Below, in pieces: positions 1 to 10,219 of a stretch of DNA of 64,000 bases (position 1 is the first letter of the stretch; every line of letters begins with the position of its first letter). The stretch lies in the sequence record LC667451.1. One strand, 5' to 3'. The notes beneath the pieces were generated by a model, which was not told where the DNA came from, made no database searches, and saw only the letters and a program-made list of their open reading frames with translations. The position numbers and the translations under genes are program-made.

Positions 1-1
1 C

Positions 2-802
2 CTTGATCGGCTGGAAGTCGGCCGGGGAGCTTGCGCTGGGCGTAGTGCTAGGCGGGTTCTGTAATGCAGTCGTGAGTGCGGTTGGAAGATCCGCCGCACT
101 GTTCAATGTCCACTCGCTGCCCGAGATGTTCGAGAGTGTCGCGGGGGCCGAACGGATCGGGCCCAAACGATTCGTATCCGTGCTGTCGACGTCCAGGAAG
201 TAGAAATCCCGATAACCGCGAGTCGAGTTACCCGGTGGTCCACCTAGATTACTACAATCAATCGCCCACTCTGTTGCCGACGTGATGTAGGTCGCTGTAG
301 TGGTGCGCACGAGAGCGCCGTTCACATACACCGAGTAGGTATTCGCTACCGAGTCGATATAGACTTCGACGTACACCTCAGTGTTCGCCGGGATGGAACC
401 CAAATCTCCATCCGTGACAACCTTGTTGTAGTTACCCGAGGCATACGACTGCTGAGCCAACAGGACTGTACCAGTTTGTGTCGGCACTGTTGCGTAGCTG
501 GCCTTCGTCCGAAAGCCAATCCAGAACTTGGTCGACGTCGTCCAGTTCTGTACCTGAGACCCCATGAAAAGCATCGGATTCGAATAACCGCTCGCATTAC
601 GCTGGAAGGTCAGGAAACCGTCCGACGTGACTGCCACGGATTGAGAAGCCCCTACCGTCGGGTAGATCATCCCCGGATTGCCGGTGTAGTAGTAATACGG
701 ATTCGTGCTGTTGGTGGTTCCGGTGATGTTTGCTGTACTCGCCTGGGAAAGGTTCGTTCCCACCGGCGCGTTATCAAACGACCATAAGTCGTGAATCGCC
801 AT
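2..802 (-). CDS. Tail-fibre-like virion protein, paralog of 888..2591 (partial, runs off left edge; absent from ORF track)
   Basis: Manual translation from ATG 802 (SD-like aagga) gives MAIHDLWSFDNAPVG...EVYVEVYIDSVANTYSVYVNG...GYRDFYFLDVDSTDTNRLGPI, open to position 2. It matches YVEVFVD...YQSYVNG...LYRDFYFLDVDSTKPNSRLGPI in the neighbouring gene. Confidence 0.85.
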   Translation of the reverse strand, partial: MAIHDLWSFDNAPVGTNLSQASTANITGTTNSTNPYYYYTGNPGMIYPTVGASQSVAVTSDGFLTFQRNASGYSNPMLFMGSQVQNWTTSTKFWIGFRTKASYATVPTQTGTVLLAQQSYASGNYNKVVTDGDLGSIPANTEVYVEVYIDSVANTYSVYVNGALVRTTTATYITSATEWAIDCSNLGGPPGNSTRGYRDFYFLDVDSTDTNRLGPIRSAPATLSNISGSEWTLNSAADLPTALTTALQNPPSTTPSASSPADFQPIK

Positions 803-887
803 GATTGGTCCTTATGGCACAATGGCATAAGAGCGCACCCAATCTCCTCTCCTCTGTAGAAGAAGAGATCGAATGCTCTCTCATGGT

Positions 888-2591
888 TTAGCCGAGTGAT
901 CCTGCGGTGGTCGACTGCGGTTGCAATACCAGATTGGTAGCAGCAATATTTGCTGCGCTCCAAGGCGTACCATCCGGCGCCGCCAGCTGAATGCCCGAGA
1001 TGTCACGCGAGTAATTCGCGACCGTGTCCCGGAACTGGTACGGTGACAACTGCTTGGTGGTCTGACCTGCCTGCAAGCCCACCAGCAAGTTAGTTGCAAA
1101 CGGCACCTGCGCAGCGAGCTTGTACTGCATCGCGACGACCTTCTGACCGGCCGGAACAGTCGGTGCGAAGTTCAGCGACACCGGTTGGTTGTCGGCGCCG
1201 TTTTGCACGGCATTCACCATCGAAGGGGCAGTCGTGTAGGCCACCTGAAAGGCTGTCGGCTGATTATTGCTGTAGTCTGCAACAAGCGTCGTGTATTGCG
1301 AATCCAGGTGCATCAGCAACATCGTGTTCGCATCCGGCGCGAACTGCTGCGTCGGCGGCGTAAAGTTTGCGGTGTAACGCGCGATGTTGGAGACCCGGAA
1401 CTCGTCCAAGAAGCCCTGGAAGGCGCTCGCCAGATTGTTCGTGTTGCCGAAGATCAAGTTGCTGACATTGTTGCCAAACGTCGCGTTGCCCGTTGCCGAA
1501 CCCAGCGATACCCCGTTCTGATACAGGGTCCAAGTACCTTGATAACGCACCAAGGCAATGTGGTGCCACTGATTAACAGGCGGGTTGCCAGTGCCGGAAA
1601 TAATTGGCGTGCCGGACGCTTGATCAGCCAAGAACTGCCACTGGCCGTTAGCAATCTGTAAGCGCGCCCACGGTGCCGCGCCGCTATCTTTCGAGAGCAC
1701 ACCGGCTGATTGGGAGGCATTCGTCAGATAGCACCAAAACTCGTAGGTCGCATCACCCGTTGTGGTCCGCAGATTCTGCTGATCGGGGATGATCACTGCG
1801 CCGTTGGTTGCCACGTTCGCCTGCAGCGATGCCGGACCAAACTTGGCTTGCGTATTGACGATCGCGGCCGAACCATTGAGCGAGTATTGGAACGAACCGT
1901 AGTTCTGGCCCAGTGACGACTGCACCGAGGGCGCCAGCGCCGTGCTCGTGATCGGACCGAGGCGGCTATTGGGCTTCGTGCTATCCACATCGAGGAAGTA
2001 GAAGTCACGGTACAACAAACCTGCGCCGCCACTGTACGGCTGGCCGTTGAACACCACGTAATTCATCCCTGCCGGAATCGAACCGCTGGCAGTCAACACA
2101 CCGTTGACATAGCTCTGATACGTCAGGGCGGCCATGTCGACAAACACTTCGACGTATTGTGCGCCTGCAGGCGAGAACACTGTCGGGTTCAGCTGCGCGG
2201 CGGTCAGCACCGACTGCACGAGTGAGCCCGAGTTACCCACGTTCGCGGCCGCCAGGAAGCCCACCACGCTACCGCTGCCCGCGCCCGACGCGTAAACACG
2301 ACAACCAAACCAACCTTGCGTCACGCCGTTTTGCAACCAGTTCAAGTCGGCGAACGAAATCACGTAGCCGCCGTACAAACTGGAGTTCGACGAGTTAAAG
2401 GCCATCCAGCCCGACGCTGGCGGAACACCGCCAGTGATGCTCACGCCGTTCGAGCTATTGGCCGTCATGCAGCCACCCGGCGCACCGTAGATACTGTTCA
2501 GGTTGTTCGCACCGTACGTACCCGATACCGTGAGGGCTTGTGCCGTCGTGGTCTGGACGTGGTCAAACGAAATCAAAGTACGAAGCGTCAT
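888..2591 (-). CDS. Tail-fibre/receptor-binding virion protein with inserted LamG/ConA-like domain
   Basis: 567 aa rich in S/T/N/G/A. LamG-3 signature (TYEFWCY...NQWHHIALVRYQGTWTLYQNG...FQGFLDEFRVSNIARYTANF). Confidence 0.8.
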   Translation of the reverse strand: MTLRTLISFDHVQTTTAQALTVSGTYGANNLNSIYGAPGGCMTANSSNGVSITGGVPPASGWMAFNSSNSSLYGGYVISFADLNWLQNGVTQGWFGCRVYASGAGSGSVVGFLAAANVGNSGSLVQSVLTAAQLNPTVFSPAGAQYVEVFVDMAALTYQSYVNGVLTASGSIPAGMNYVVFNGQPYSGGAGLLYRDFYFLDVDSTKPNSRLGPITSTALAPSVQSSLGQNYGSFQYSLNGSAAIVNTQAKFGPASLQANVATNGAVIIPDQQNLRTTTGDATYEFWCYLTNASQSAGVLSKDSGAAPWARLQIANGQWQFLADQASGTPIISGTGNPPVNQWHHIALVRYQGTWTLYQNGVSLGSATGNATFGNNVSNLIFGNTNNLASAFQGFLDEFRVSNIARYTANFTPPTQQFAPDANTMLLMHLDSQYTTLVADYSNNQPTAFQVAYTTAPSMVNAVQNGADNQPVSLNFAPTVPAGQKVVAMQYKLAAQVPFATNLLVGLQAGQTTKQLSPYQFRDTVANYSRDISGIQLAAPDGTPWSAANIAATNLVLQPQSTTAGSLG

Positions 2592-2661
2592 GGTTGCCTC
2601 TTAGGGAAAATCAAAATGCGTATTCCAGGAAAGCCTCTGGGAAGCTCTCCCAGAATTGGCA

Positions 2662-3012
2662 TTACTGTTGCGGCAAGTCCGGCTGGTCGTTGTACTGCAC
2701 GACCAACAAATTATGCGGTACAGCCGCCCACGGTAGTTCCACAATCAACGCGTACTTGTAGAGCGCGTTGGAAGGGAAGCTGGTGTGGTTCTCGCCGTTA
2801 AACACCACGTTTGCACCGGCCAGTGTATAGGCTGCTTCTTCCACATCGGTCCAGTCGCCTCGATGCTCACCCTTGTCGAAAGAACTCAGTGAAGCACTCA
2901 GAAACTTTGCATCCTCTGCACTGAGCACTCCAACCGGGATCTTGGACAACGTATCTGCGTCGTTCGAGAAGTCCGTGAAGAAGAGGTAATTCGGCCAAAA
3001 AGTCGTTGCCAT
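2662..3012 (-). CDS. Tail-fibre family, C-terminal module only
   Basis: 116 aa. YLFFTDFS...YKYALIVEL...VQYND matches the C-terminal halves of 4473..5366 and 7230..8711. Confidence 0.7.
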   Translation of the reverse strand: MATTFWPNYLFFTDFSNDADTLSKIPVGVLSAEDAKFLSASLSSFDKGEHRGDWTDVEEAAYTLAGANVVFNGENHTSFPSNALYKYALIVELPWAAVPHNLLVVQYNDQPDLPQQ

Positions 3013-3025
3013 CTCACATCCTTTC

Positions 3026-3526
3026 TTAGAAGCCGCTCAGCACACTGGAATAGAACAGATTGCTGATGTTCGGCAACGGTGCCATGATACACTCGAAGGT
3101 CCCGGTGTAACCCAGGGACGTCGAGAGTGCCGTGAGCACCACGTGGGTATTGCCATCGCTGGCGGTGAACGTTTGCGCGTCGGCAATGTCCGCCATCGTC
3201 AGCGTAAAGCCGTACTGGTCGCGAATCGTGTTCAGCACCGTCGAGACATCATTGCTCGGTGCTGCCGTGATCAAGACCGGCGAGAAGTTCGACCACGCGC
3301 CCAGATCGAGACGATCGTAGTAGAGCGTCATCGAACCCCGAAGCGGCGCACCTGGGTTCATCAGGACGCTGATCTTGGTATTCTTCCCGCTCGCCACACC
3401 GGCTTTCTCAGCCGCGGTCGTAGGCTTCAGGCCCTGGACCGTAAACTGACTCGATGTGACGGTCACGCCCGACGCCGCACTAATCATCAAAGCGAGGTCA
3501 TCGCTCGAATTCTGATACAGACTCAC
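3026..3526 (-). CDS. Tail-fibre family, N-terminal module only (phiKZ gp131-135-like family)
   Basis: 166 aa with the family motifs YYDRLDL and SLGYTG. Confidence 0.75.
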   Translation of the reverse strand: MSLYQNSSDDLALMISAASGVTVTSSQFTVQGLKPTTAAEKAGVASGKNTKISVLMNPGAPLRGSMTLYYDRLDLGAWSNFSPVLITAAPSNDVSTVLNTIRDQYGFTLTMADIADAQTFTASDGNTHVVLTALSTSLGYTGTFECIMAPLPNISNLFYSSVLSGF

Positions 3527-3538
3527 GTCGACCTCCCT

Positions 3539-4423
3539 TTAATTGAAGTGCAGATAGAACGAGCCCTGGAACCAGGAACCCGCTACCGCGGTGATCAAGA
3601 CTACGTTCGCAAACTTGTTGCTGTTCGCCCCCAATGCACTGGCTGAGGGGAGTGTCAGCCGGGTCACCAACAGATTCGCCAATCCACCGGCCGTCGCCGA
3701 ATCAGCACTGCTCAAATTCAAGCTCGGCAGGTTCTGCTGGAGGAAACCCAGAATCGTCGCTAACGCACTACCTGTGGCTGACCACTGGGCAGGCGTGTAG
3801 GTGCCAGACGAAGCAATGGCCAGCAAGGACGTGCGGATCTTCGAACAGTCCAGGCCGTACGAGAGCACGTCAGCCTGTGGCTTACGACCACCCCCGAACG
3901 TATTACCGCCCGGATAAAGCTTACCCACCAACACCTGGTTGGTGATCTTCTGGTTCATGTACGGCGCACCCTGCGTCCACTTGACCGTGAACGAACCGCT
4001 GTAGCACAGTGACCCCGCCAACATCGAGACGGTGTACGAAGTGCCCGACGTAAAGGTGGTGTTTGCGAAGTCAGTCGGTACCAGTTCAGTGCCGTACTTG
4101 TTGTTGAATGCCGTACAGAACTGCGCGGCAGTCATGGTGGTCGAGCCGATATAGTCATCGAGCGTCAACACCATGCTGCGGAAAAGAGTCGCTAGGTTAA
4201 TGCGACGATACGTCACAGTCTGGTTACCGACGTAGCGGCCGTTACCTTGCACCGTCAAGAGTCGCAGACTTGTGTCCTGGATCGTACCAGTCACAGGCGT
4301 AATCGCAGTTGGAACAAGCGTCTGCAGGTTTTGCATCGACAACGGCGCAACCTGCAGTCCCGGATTCGACTGATTGATCAACCCGAGCAAGGTGTTCAAC
4401 TGCGTGTCAAGAAATGGGTACAT
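3539..4423 (-). CDS. Tail-fibre family virion protein
   Basis: 294 aa. LINQSNP...YRRINL...SLCYSGSF...FYLHFN. SD gaggtg. Confidence 0.8.
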   Translation of the reverse strand: MYPFLDTQLNTLLGLINQSNPGLQVAPLSMQNLQTLVPTAITPVTGTIQDTSLRLLTVQGNGRYVGNQTVTYRRINLATLFRSMVLTLDDYIGSTTMTAAQFCTAFNNKYGTELVPTDFANTTFTSGTSYTVSMLAGSLCYSGSFTVKWTQGAPYMNQKITNQVLVGKLYPGGNTFGGGRKPQADVLSYGLDCSKIRTSLLAIASSGTYTPAQWSATGSALATILGFLQQNLPSLNLSSADSATAGGLANLLVTRLTLPSASALGANSNKFANVVLITAVAGSWFQGSFYLHFN

Positions 4424-4472
4424 TAAACACCTCGTTTCAGGGGAGGCGTAAGCCTCCCCCTATGCTCTCGAC

Positions 4473-5366
4473 TTAGAAGTTGTTCGGGTCGAACGGGTCG
4501 TTGTAGTGCAGGTAGAGCATACCTGCCGGTACCGTCACACCAGCGGCCAACTGGATCGCCATCACGTATTTGTACGCCGGATTGGTCGGCGTGACCGTCG
4601 GGTTGTTCAGACCGTTCGAGACGATCGTTGCGCCCGTCAGGTTGTACGTGGTGTTCGAACCGGTGTCCACCCATGAGGCCTTACCTGCACCGACGTCCAG
4701 AGCTTGAATAGCAGCCAGCACGTAATCGAGCTGAGTCTGCGTCATCGCGCCCGGCGCGTAGGTGAGGAAGGTCGGCTGGTAGGTCGTGAAGTCGTACGGA
4801 TACAGATACGCCGGACCGTAGACGGCCGAAGCAGGCGGAGCCACGTTATCGGCCACCGGATAGTTCAAGCCCGGCAGTGCCGGGACGGTCACGGCCGAAT
4901 CCAGCGTGACACCACCAGGCACCACGTTCAACATGACACTACCTTGCCAGCCGAGCGAATTCGGATCGGCAGACAACTGCACCTGACCCGTCCCGTCACC
5001 GTTGAGCGTGATCGGCAGGTTTTGCAGATCGGTTTGCGCGAACTGGATGCCCGTGAAGAACGCCAGCTGCGGCAGAATGTCCCAGGTGTGGGTCGGGTTG
5101 TTCACCGCCAGATTCTGGATGCCGGACAGATTCGCCAGCGAACCCAAATCGAGACGGTTGTACAATATCACGACGCTGCCCTGGTAACCTGCCGACGCGG
5201 CCGTTACCTTAATAGCGGTATTCCGATCCGAAGACAGACCTTGCCACGTACCTGCCACCACTTTCGGATTCGAGAACGAAAGATCCGAAACCAGGAAACT
5301 CGTCCCATTAGCGGCGTTGATGGCGCTCAGCAGGTCCGTCAAGGATGGGAGTTGAAATGCAGACAT
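4473..5366 (-). CDS. Tail-fibre family virion protein
   Basis: 297 aa. INAANG...YNRLDL...SLGWQG...LYLHYND. Confidence 0.8.
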   Translation of the reverse strand: MSAFQLPSLTDLLSAINAANGTSFLVSDLSFSNPKVVAGTWQGLSSDRNTAIKVTAASAGYQGSVVILYNRLDLGSLANLSGIQNLAVNNPTHTWDILPQLAFFTGIQFAQTDLQNLPITLNGDGTGQVQLSADPNSLGWQGSVMLNVVPGGVTLDSAVTVPALPGLNYPVADNVAPPASAVYGPAYLYPYDFTTYQPTFLTYAPGAMTQTQLDYVLAAIQALDVGAGKASWVDTGSNTTYNLTGATIVSNGLNNPTVTPTNPAYKYVMAIQLAAGVTVPAGMLYLHYNDPFDPNNF

Positions 5367-5375
5367 GTTTCATCC

Positions 5376-6368
5376 TTAGACGTTGTAGTGGAAGATCATG
5401 CGACCAACGGCCCAACTATTGGCGCCCAATATATCCAGCACAAAACAGTTGTTGAAGTACTTGCTGTTCGCCTCCGGCACCGCTGCGTTGGGCAGCGTGT
5501 ACTGCTTGAAGACCATGCCGAACAAACTGCCGACCGCATTCGCAGGCGAGGTCGTAATGTACGCTATGCCGCTGTTCGCTGCCAGCTGCGCAATCACGGC
5601 ATTCTTCACAGTCGAGTACGGCGTCAGCGTGGTGCCGATCGGCGCGCCTGAGTTCGTCATCGCATTCAGGAACGACGCATATGTGAGGCTATTCGCCGCC
5701 ATCAGCTGGTTGAAGACCGCGGTCCAGTCGTAGGAGTACGAATCCAGATCAACGATGTGCGGAGTCGACCCATCGCCCGGCACTGATGAGATTGCGCCAG
5801 GGAACACGCGAGCATTCTCCAGGCTGGTGACCGTCAGCATCGTGCCGATGTCTTGCGGGGCTTGCACCCAGTAGAGGGTGAAGCTGCCAACGTAACCGGG
5901 ACTGGTAGTCTGTGCGGCGACTGTGATCGAGCTATTGCGGGTGCCTGCAGGCAGACCGATTGCCGGAACAGCGTTGGTGTTACCTGCGCCCAACGAACCG
6001 TCGGCCACATCCGCCAGAGTCAGATTCAGGCCGTACTTGGCGTTGATCGCCGGAAGCAGGTCAGAGATCTTGTACGGCGAAACGCCCGTGGCAGCAGGCG
6101 AGTACTTGTAGATCACAATCGGCAAACTGCGAAACAGCGTGGCGAAGTTGATCCGACGATAGTTGAGCGTGGTGTTGCCGATATACTTCGTACCGGCGGC
6201 GGCCGTCACCTTGATAGCGGTGTCCTGGATGTTGCCTCCCGTGGGAGTCACCGAAGAGGGCGCGCCGTACAGTACGTTCGTCGTCGTCACCGGCACCGGC
6301 AGATCCGGGTTGGCCTGATTGATCAGGTCCACCAGCATCTGCAAGGATTGCTTTGGATAGAGAGACAT
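5376..6368 (-). CDS. Tail-fibre family virion protein
   Basis: 330 aa. LINQANP...YRRINF...MIFHYNV. Confidence 0.8.
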   Translation of the reverse strand: MSLYPKQSLQMLVDLINQANPDLPVPVTTTNVLYGAPSSVTPTGGNIQDTAIKVTAAAGTKYIGNTTLNYRRINFATLFRSLPIVIYKYSPAATGVSPYKISDLLPAINAKYGLNLTLADVADGSLGAGNTNAVPAIGLPAGTRNSSITVAAQTTSPGYVGSFTLYWVQAPQDIGTMLTVTSLENARVFPGAISSVPGDGSTPHIVDLDSYSYDWTAVFNQLMAANSLTYASFLNAMTNSGAPIGTTLTPYSTVKNAVIAQLAANSGIAYITTSPANAVGSLFGMVFKQYTLPNAAVPEANSKYFNNCFVLDILGANSWAVGRMIFHYNV

Positions 6369-6378
6369 GTTTCAAGCC

Positions 6379-7215
6379 TTAACGATTTTCGAGGACGTTG
6401 TAGTGAAAGTACATCGCGCTCTGGTAGAAAGGTCCACCCAGAACAGGCGAAAAGATCACCACCCGATCAAAATTCTTGTTGCTGTCCGCAATCTGCGAGG
6501 TCGCATAATCGCTCACGCCCGTGTTTACCCAGTTCGGATTCGGGAACCACGGAATCCCCAACTTCAGGCACACGTTGGACAGCGTCGTGTAATCCGTGAA
6601 ACCGCTGTAACCGATGAACTGGTTGATGGCGTAATACTTCGGCTTGATCGCATCGCGCAGCGACGTGAAGTCGTAGTTCCACAGATAGTCGCGGCCATTT
6701 AGGTAACGATTCTTGGCGGCATCGGTCAACACGTTCAGACGCTGGTTCGAAATCGCCACATCCAGGTGCGGCTTATCGTGCGTGATCGTGATGTCGACCT
6801 GGCCTTTCCAGCCAAGCGACGTATCGGCCGCTACCAGCGTAACCGTTGAAGAACCCAGCAGCGGTGGCGTTGTGATGTCCTGCGGCACAAAGTCACTGGC
6901 ATCGAGGAACGTGCCATAGGCCGCATTCATCAACTGCGCAATGCTATCGAGCGTGAAGTTATCCAGCGAAGCGAGTGAGACCACACCATCCAGATTGGAC
7001 AGCGGCACCTTCGTGTAATGGATCTCGGCAGAGCCCCAATAGCCGCGACCCGGCACCCCTGTCGCCGTCACAACGGTGTCGTAATCGGTTGCATCCTCCG
7101 GAGCAGCACTCGGCGTCCCAAAGACGAGATTCTTATCCGAGAAAATCGTCGGAGGAATAAACGTCTCGTTCAGCAAGATAATTAGCTGCTCCCCGGAGGG
7201 AGTCATTGTTGCCAT
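6379..7215 (-). CDS. Tail-fibre family virion protein
   Basis: 278 aa. SLGWKG...YLWNYDFTS...MYFHYNV. Confidence 0.8.
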   Translation of the reverse strand: MATMTPSGEQLIILLNETFIPPTIFSDKNLVFGTPSAAPEDATDYDTVVTATGVPGRGYWGSAEIHYTKVPLSNLDGVVSLASLDNFTLDSIAQLMNAAYGTFLDASDFVPQDITTPPLLGSSTVTLVAADTSLGWKGQVDITITHDKPHLDVAISNQRLNVLTDAAKNRYLNGRDYLWNYDFTSLRDAIKPKYYAINQFIGYSGFTDYTTLSNVCLKLGIPWFPNPNWVNTGVSDYATSQIADSNKNFDRVVIFSPVLGGPFYQSAMYFHYNVLENR

Positions 7216-7229
7216 ACTCCCTCCTAGGG

Positions 7230-8711
7230 TTAGTCGACCACGAACGGATCGGTCGGAACAGTGAAGTTGGCTGAGTAACGAGCCACCTTGCTGATTCGCA
7301 GTTCATCAATCCAGCCCGTGTAGCCGACACTGCTATCGACCATCGAACCAATCGACAGATTGCCTGCATTCACGCCAAAGGTGCCGAAGCTCGGGCTCTG
7401 TGCCACCGCCACACCGCCCACGTACAGCGTCGTTGTACCGGTCTTCTTCACCAGCGCCACATGTAGCCACTGGCCCAGCACCACCGTGCCAGCATTGAGG
7501 AAGTTACCCGCGTCGTCGTACGCTTTGATGGCCCCACTATCGACCGTCAGCTTACCGCCCGTGCCCTTCGCAAGCAGCGTTTGCGGCGTGGTAACATCCG
7601 ACGGACGGATAAACATCTCGACCGTGAAGTCCGCCGACAGTTGCAGTTCGGCCGAATCGATGGTCTGCATGTTGCCCGTACCGTCGAACTGTGCCGAGGA
7701 GCCACCATAAAGCGACTGGCTGCTACCAATCATGGCGTCAGCATTGAAGATGAACGCCCGGCTGGGATACGCATTGTCGCGCATCACCTTCGCACCGTTG
7801 ATGCCGTTAAAATGCAGCAGCATCGAGGTGTTCACCGTGGCACCATCTGAGTTAGCGTACGGGTCGATCGCGCCGTAATGCAAGAACAGATAACCGCCGT
7901 AACCCAACGAACCCGACCCCAGCTGGATAACCAGCACGTAGGTATAATTCGTGTTGGGGGTCATCACCGTACCGGCAATCGGCGTGAAGGCCACCACGGG
8001 GCCATTATAGACCACTGCGGCGCCTTGCAGGCTGAAACGTCCGGCAGCCGTATTGATCCAGTTGTCCCCCGTGCAAGCTTTCAGGTCTGCCGTGAGCGTG
8101 CTGAGATCCGACGTCGACGTATTGATCTGCAAGAGATCGTTCTGCCACGCCGTCATGTCACGCCAGTACGAGTACAGTTCACCGAACGGCTTGGTGAGAT
8201 CCTGATTGGGATACATCAGACCGTTCAGGGCTGTCCCCGTCATCACCGTCGCCAGATCGTAGTTACCTGCCACGAAACTCATCGTGACCTGACCGATCCA
8301 GCCGAGTGAGCCCGACTGAGCTATCAGCGTGACGCTACCCGAGCCATCGCTACCGACCGTGATCGGGTCGTTATCGTTCAGGTCGCCGGGGACAAAGTTC
8401 AAACCAAAGTTGGCATTGAGGATCGGCCAAAAGTCCGACACCTTACTCAGACCGTTAGCCTGAATCGGTTGCGGCAACAGCGCCGCCAGATCACTCAACT
8501 GCAACCGCGTGTAGTAGACTGTCTGCGCTCCCTGATAGGGCGCGGTGACCTCGGCCACCGTAATGAGCATCGAGGTGTTCGTCACGCCTTGGGGATCAGC
8601 GAACGGAGTCGGCGCACCAAAGGTGTACAGACTCGGGTCCAGCGTGACGCCCTTGTTTTGCGTGGCGATAGCACCCAGAATCGCAGTCATTGGTGCTGGA
8701 TAAAGCGCCAT
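7230..8711 (-). CDS. Tail-fibre family virion protein with C-terminal LamG/ConA-like domain
   Basis: 493 aa. YYTRLQL, SLGWIG, LFLHYG, followed by LamG (MLLHFNG...WLHVALV...WIDELRISKVARYSANF). Confidence 0.8.
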   Translation of the reverse strand: MALYPAPMTAILGAIATQNKGVTLDPSLYTFGAPTPFADPQGVTNTSMLITVAEVTAPYQGAQTVYYTRLQLSDLAALLPQPIQANGLSKVSDFWPILNANFGLNFVPGDLNDNDPITVGSDGSGSVTLIAQSGSLGWIGQVTMSFVAGNYDLATVMTGTALNGLMYPNQDLTKPFGELYSYWRDMTAWQNDLLQINTSTSDLSTLTADLKACTGDNWINTAAGRFSLQGAAVVYNGPVVAFTPIAGTVMTPNTNYTYVLVIQLGSGSLGYGGYLFLHYGAIDPYANSDGATVNTSMLLHFNGINGAKVMRDNAYPSRAFIFNADAMIGSSQSLYGGSSAQFDGTGNMQTIDSAELQLSADFTVEMFIRPSDVTTPQTLLAKGTGGKLTVDSGAIKAYDDAGNFLNAGTVVLGQWLHVALVKKTGTTTLYVGGVAVAQSPSFGTFGVNAGNLSIGSMVDSSVGYTGWIDELRISKVARYSANFTVPTDPFVVD

Positions 8712-8719
8712 GAGAAATC

Positions 8720-9535
8720 CTAGGTCGGGTTATAGTGAAAGAGCGCAGTCCCAACGTAGGTTGAACCCACTACCTTGGTCTGTACAACGACACGCTGAAA
8801 GTTCGTGTTCGCGCCAGGGTACTTCGCTGTCGCGTAATCAGTCACGGTCCCTGCAGCCGCCGTCGGCCAATCAGTGTAGTTAAACTGCTGCACCATGGCT
8901 GCTTTCACAGCCGCCGCGTTCTTCCACGTGCCATTCGAATTCACACCAAGCGAGGCGAGGAACGGACCCATGTCCACATTCCACATCACCATGCCGATGT
9001 CCTGCTTGCCTATGGTTGGATCGACGTTATTAAACGTCTGCACATTCAACCGCACGTTACGAATCACCGCAGTCAAGAACGGACGAATCCGATTGAACTG
9101 CAAGAGCATCGACCCAGTGTAGCCGCGCGAGGTCGGCAACGTCTGGATGTTGATGTTCACCGAAGCGCCGTCTTCCAGATACGCCACGTTCGTGTCCACC
9201 ACGTCCTGTTGGGTCAGGTTCAACCCCAGGAAGGCATTCACGATGTCGAGCATGCCGTAGAGCGTACTCGCTCCGACACTGCTCATCACGGGGATCTGGT
9301 CGTAGGCCGTGCTCAGGTTGATCCGCTTATACGTAAAGTCGCGATACCCCTCGTACACCGAACCCAGCTGACCGACTACGGGCACCACTGACGACATGTT
9401 ATCCGTCGAGCTCGCAGCGAGTCGGGCGCCACCAAAGTACAGATTACTTTTGGACGCCGGGTACGGCAGGTGAGGGTTAGCCTGATTGACGAGTGCGATC
9501 AGTCGATCCGTAGGCGTACCCGAGAAAAGAGCCAT
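8720..9535 (-). CDS. Tail-fibre family virion protein
   Basis: 271 aa. LVNQANP...YKRINL...SRGYTGS...LFHYN. Confidence 0.8.
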   Translation of the reverse strand: MALFSGTPTDRLIALVNQANPHLPYPASKSNLYFGGARLAASSTDNMSSVVPVVGQLGSVYEGYRDFTYKRINLSTAYDQIPVMSSVGASTLYGMLDIVNAFLGLNLTQQDVVDTNVAYLEDGASVNINIQTLPTSRGYTGSMLLQFNRIRPFLTAVIRNVRLNVQTFNNVDPTIGKQDIGMVMWNVDMGPFLASLGVNSNGTWKNAAAVKAAMVQQFNYTDWPTAAAGTVTDYATAKYPGANTNFQRVVVQTKVVGSTYVGTALFHYNPT

Positions 9536-9553
9536 GCTTACCTCTTAACGAAT

Positions 9554-9586
9554 AAAAGAGGGGACCCGAAGGCCCCCTCTTCTTTT
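9554..9586. terminator. Bidirectional-looking intrinsic terminator
   Basis: aaaagaggggacc-cgaa-ggccccctcttctttt. Confidence 0.75.
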
Positions 9587-9618
9587 GGTCTGAATCACGC
9601 CTAGAAGCCGGGTGCTGC

Positions 9619-10146
9619 TTAGCTGTTCGGGACGTACGTGAGACCCGTCAGCGTTGCCTGCGTAATGACCGTCGAGAGTTCGATGTCGTTGGACTTGACC
9701 GTGAGCGACATCACACCCTGGTAGACCAGCGAGTCGGCCGTGGCAGCAATCTGGAACGCGTGTTCTTCGTTCGGCGTGCCGGTGAAAGTCGGCAGCGGAC
9801 CGTCGGTGTAGTCGTCGGTCGTCAGGTTGATCGCGTACGCGGTGTTCACTTCCGGCACGAGGTCGGAGATGTTCACGGCGTTGCCCAGCGAATACACCGT
9901 GTTGCGTGCGCCCGGAATCGTTGCCAGATCCACGCGGTTGTAGCCCACGACCACCGAGCCGGTATAGCCCGAGCCCGCTTGGGCCGTCACTGTCGTCGAC
10001 GTATTCGGATTCGGGTTCGTGCCCGTTGCCGCCGTCGGCAGTCCGAATTCGATCAGTGAGAGCGTGAGCGCGCTGTTGTTATCGTGGTTGATCTGATCCA
10101 GAAGGATCTGATTTGGAGCTTTGGTAAAGTCAAGTTGCCATGCCAT
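9619..10146 (-). CDS. Tail-fibre family, N-module-only virion protein
   Basis: 175 aa. INHDN...YNRVDL...SLVYQG...LTGLTY. Confidence 0.75.
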   Translation of the reverse strand: MAWQLDFTKAPNQILLDQINHDNNSALTLSLIEFGLPTAATGTNPNPNTSTTVTAQAGSGYTGSVVVGYNRVDLATIPGARNTVYSLGNAVNISDLVPEVNTAYAINLTTDDYTDGPLPTFTGTPNEEHAFQIAATADSLVYQGVMSLTVKSNDIELSTVITQATLTGLTYVPNS

Positions 10147-10219
10147 TTGAGATACCTTCCAGATGGTTGAAGATGGTAACGAAATTAGATTCGCATAAGA
10201 TGCGGCTATTTTTTACTGC

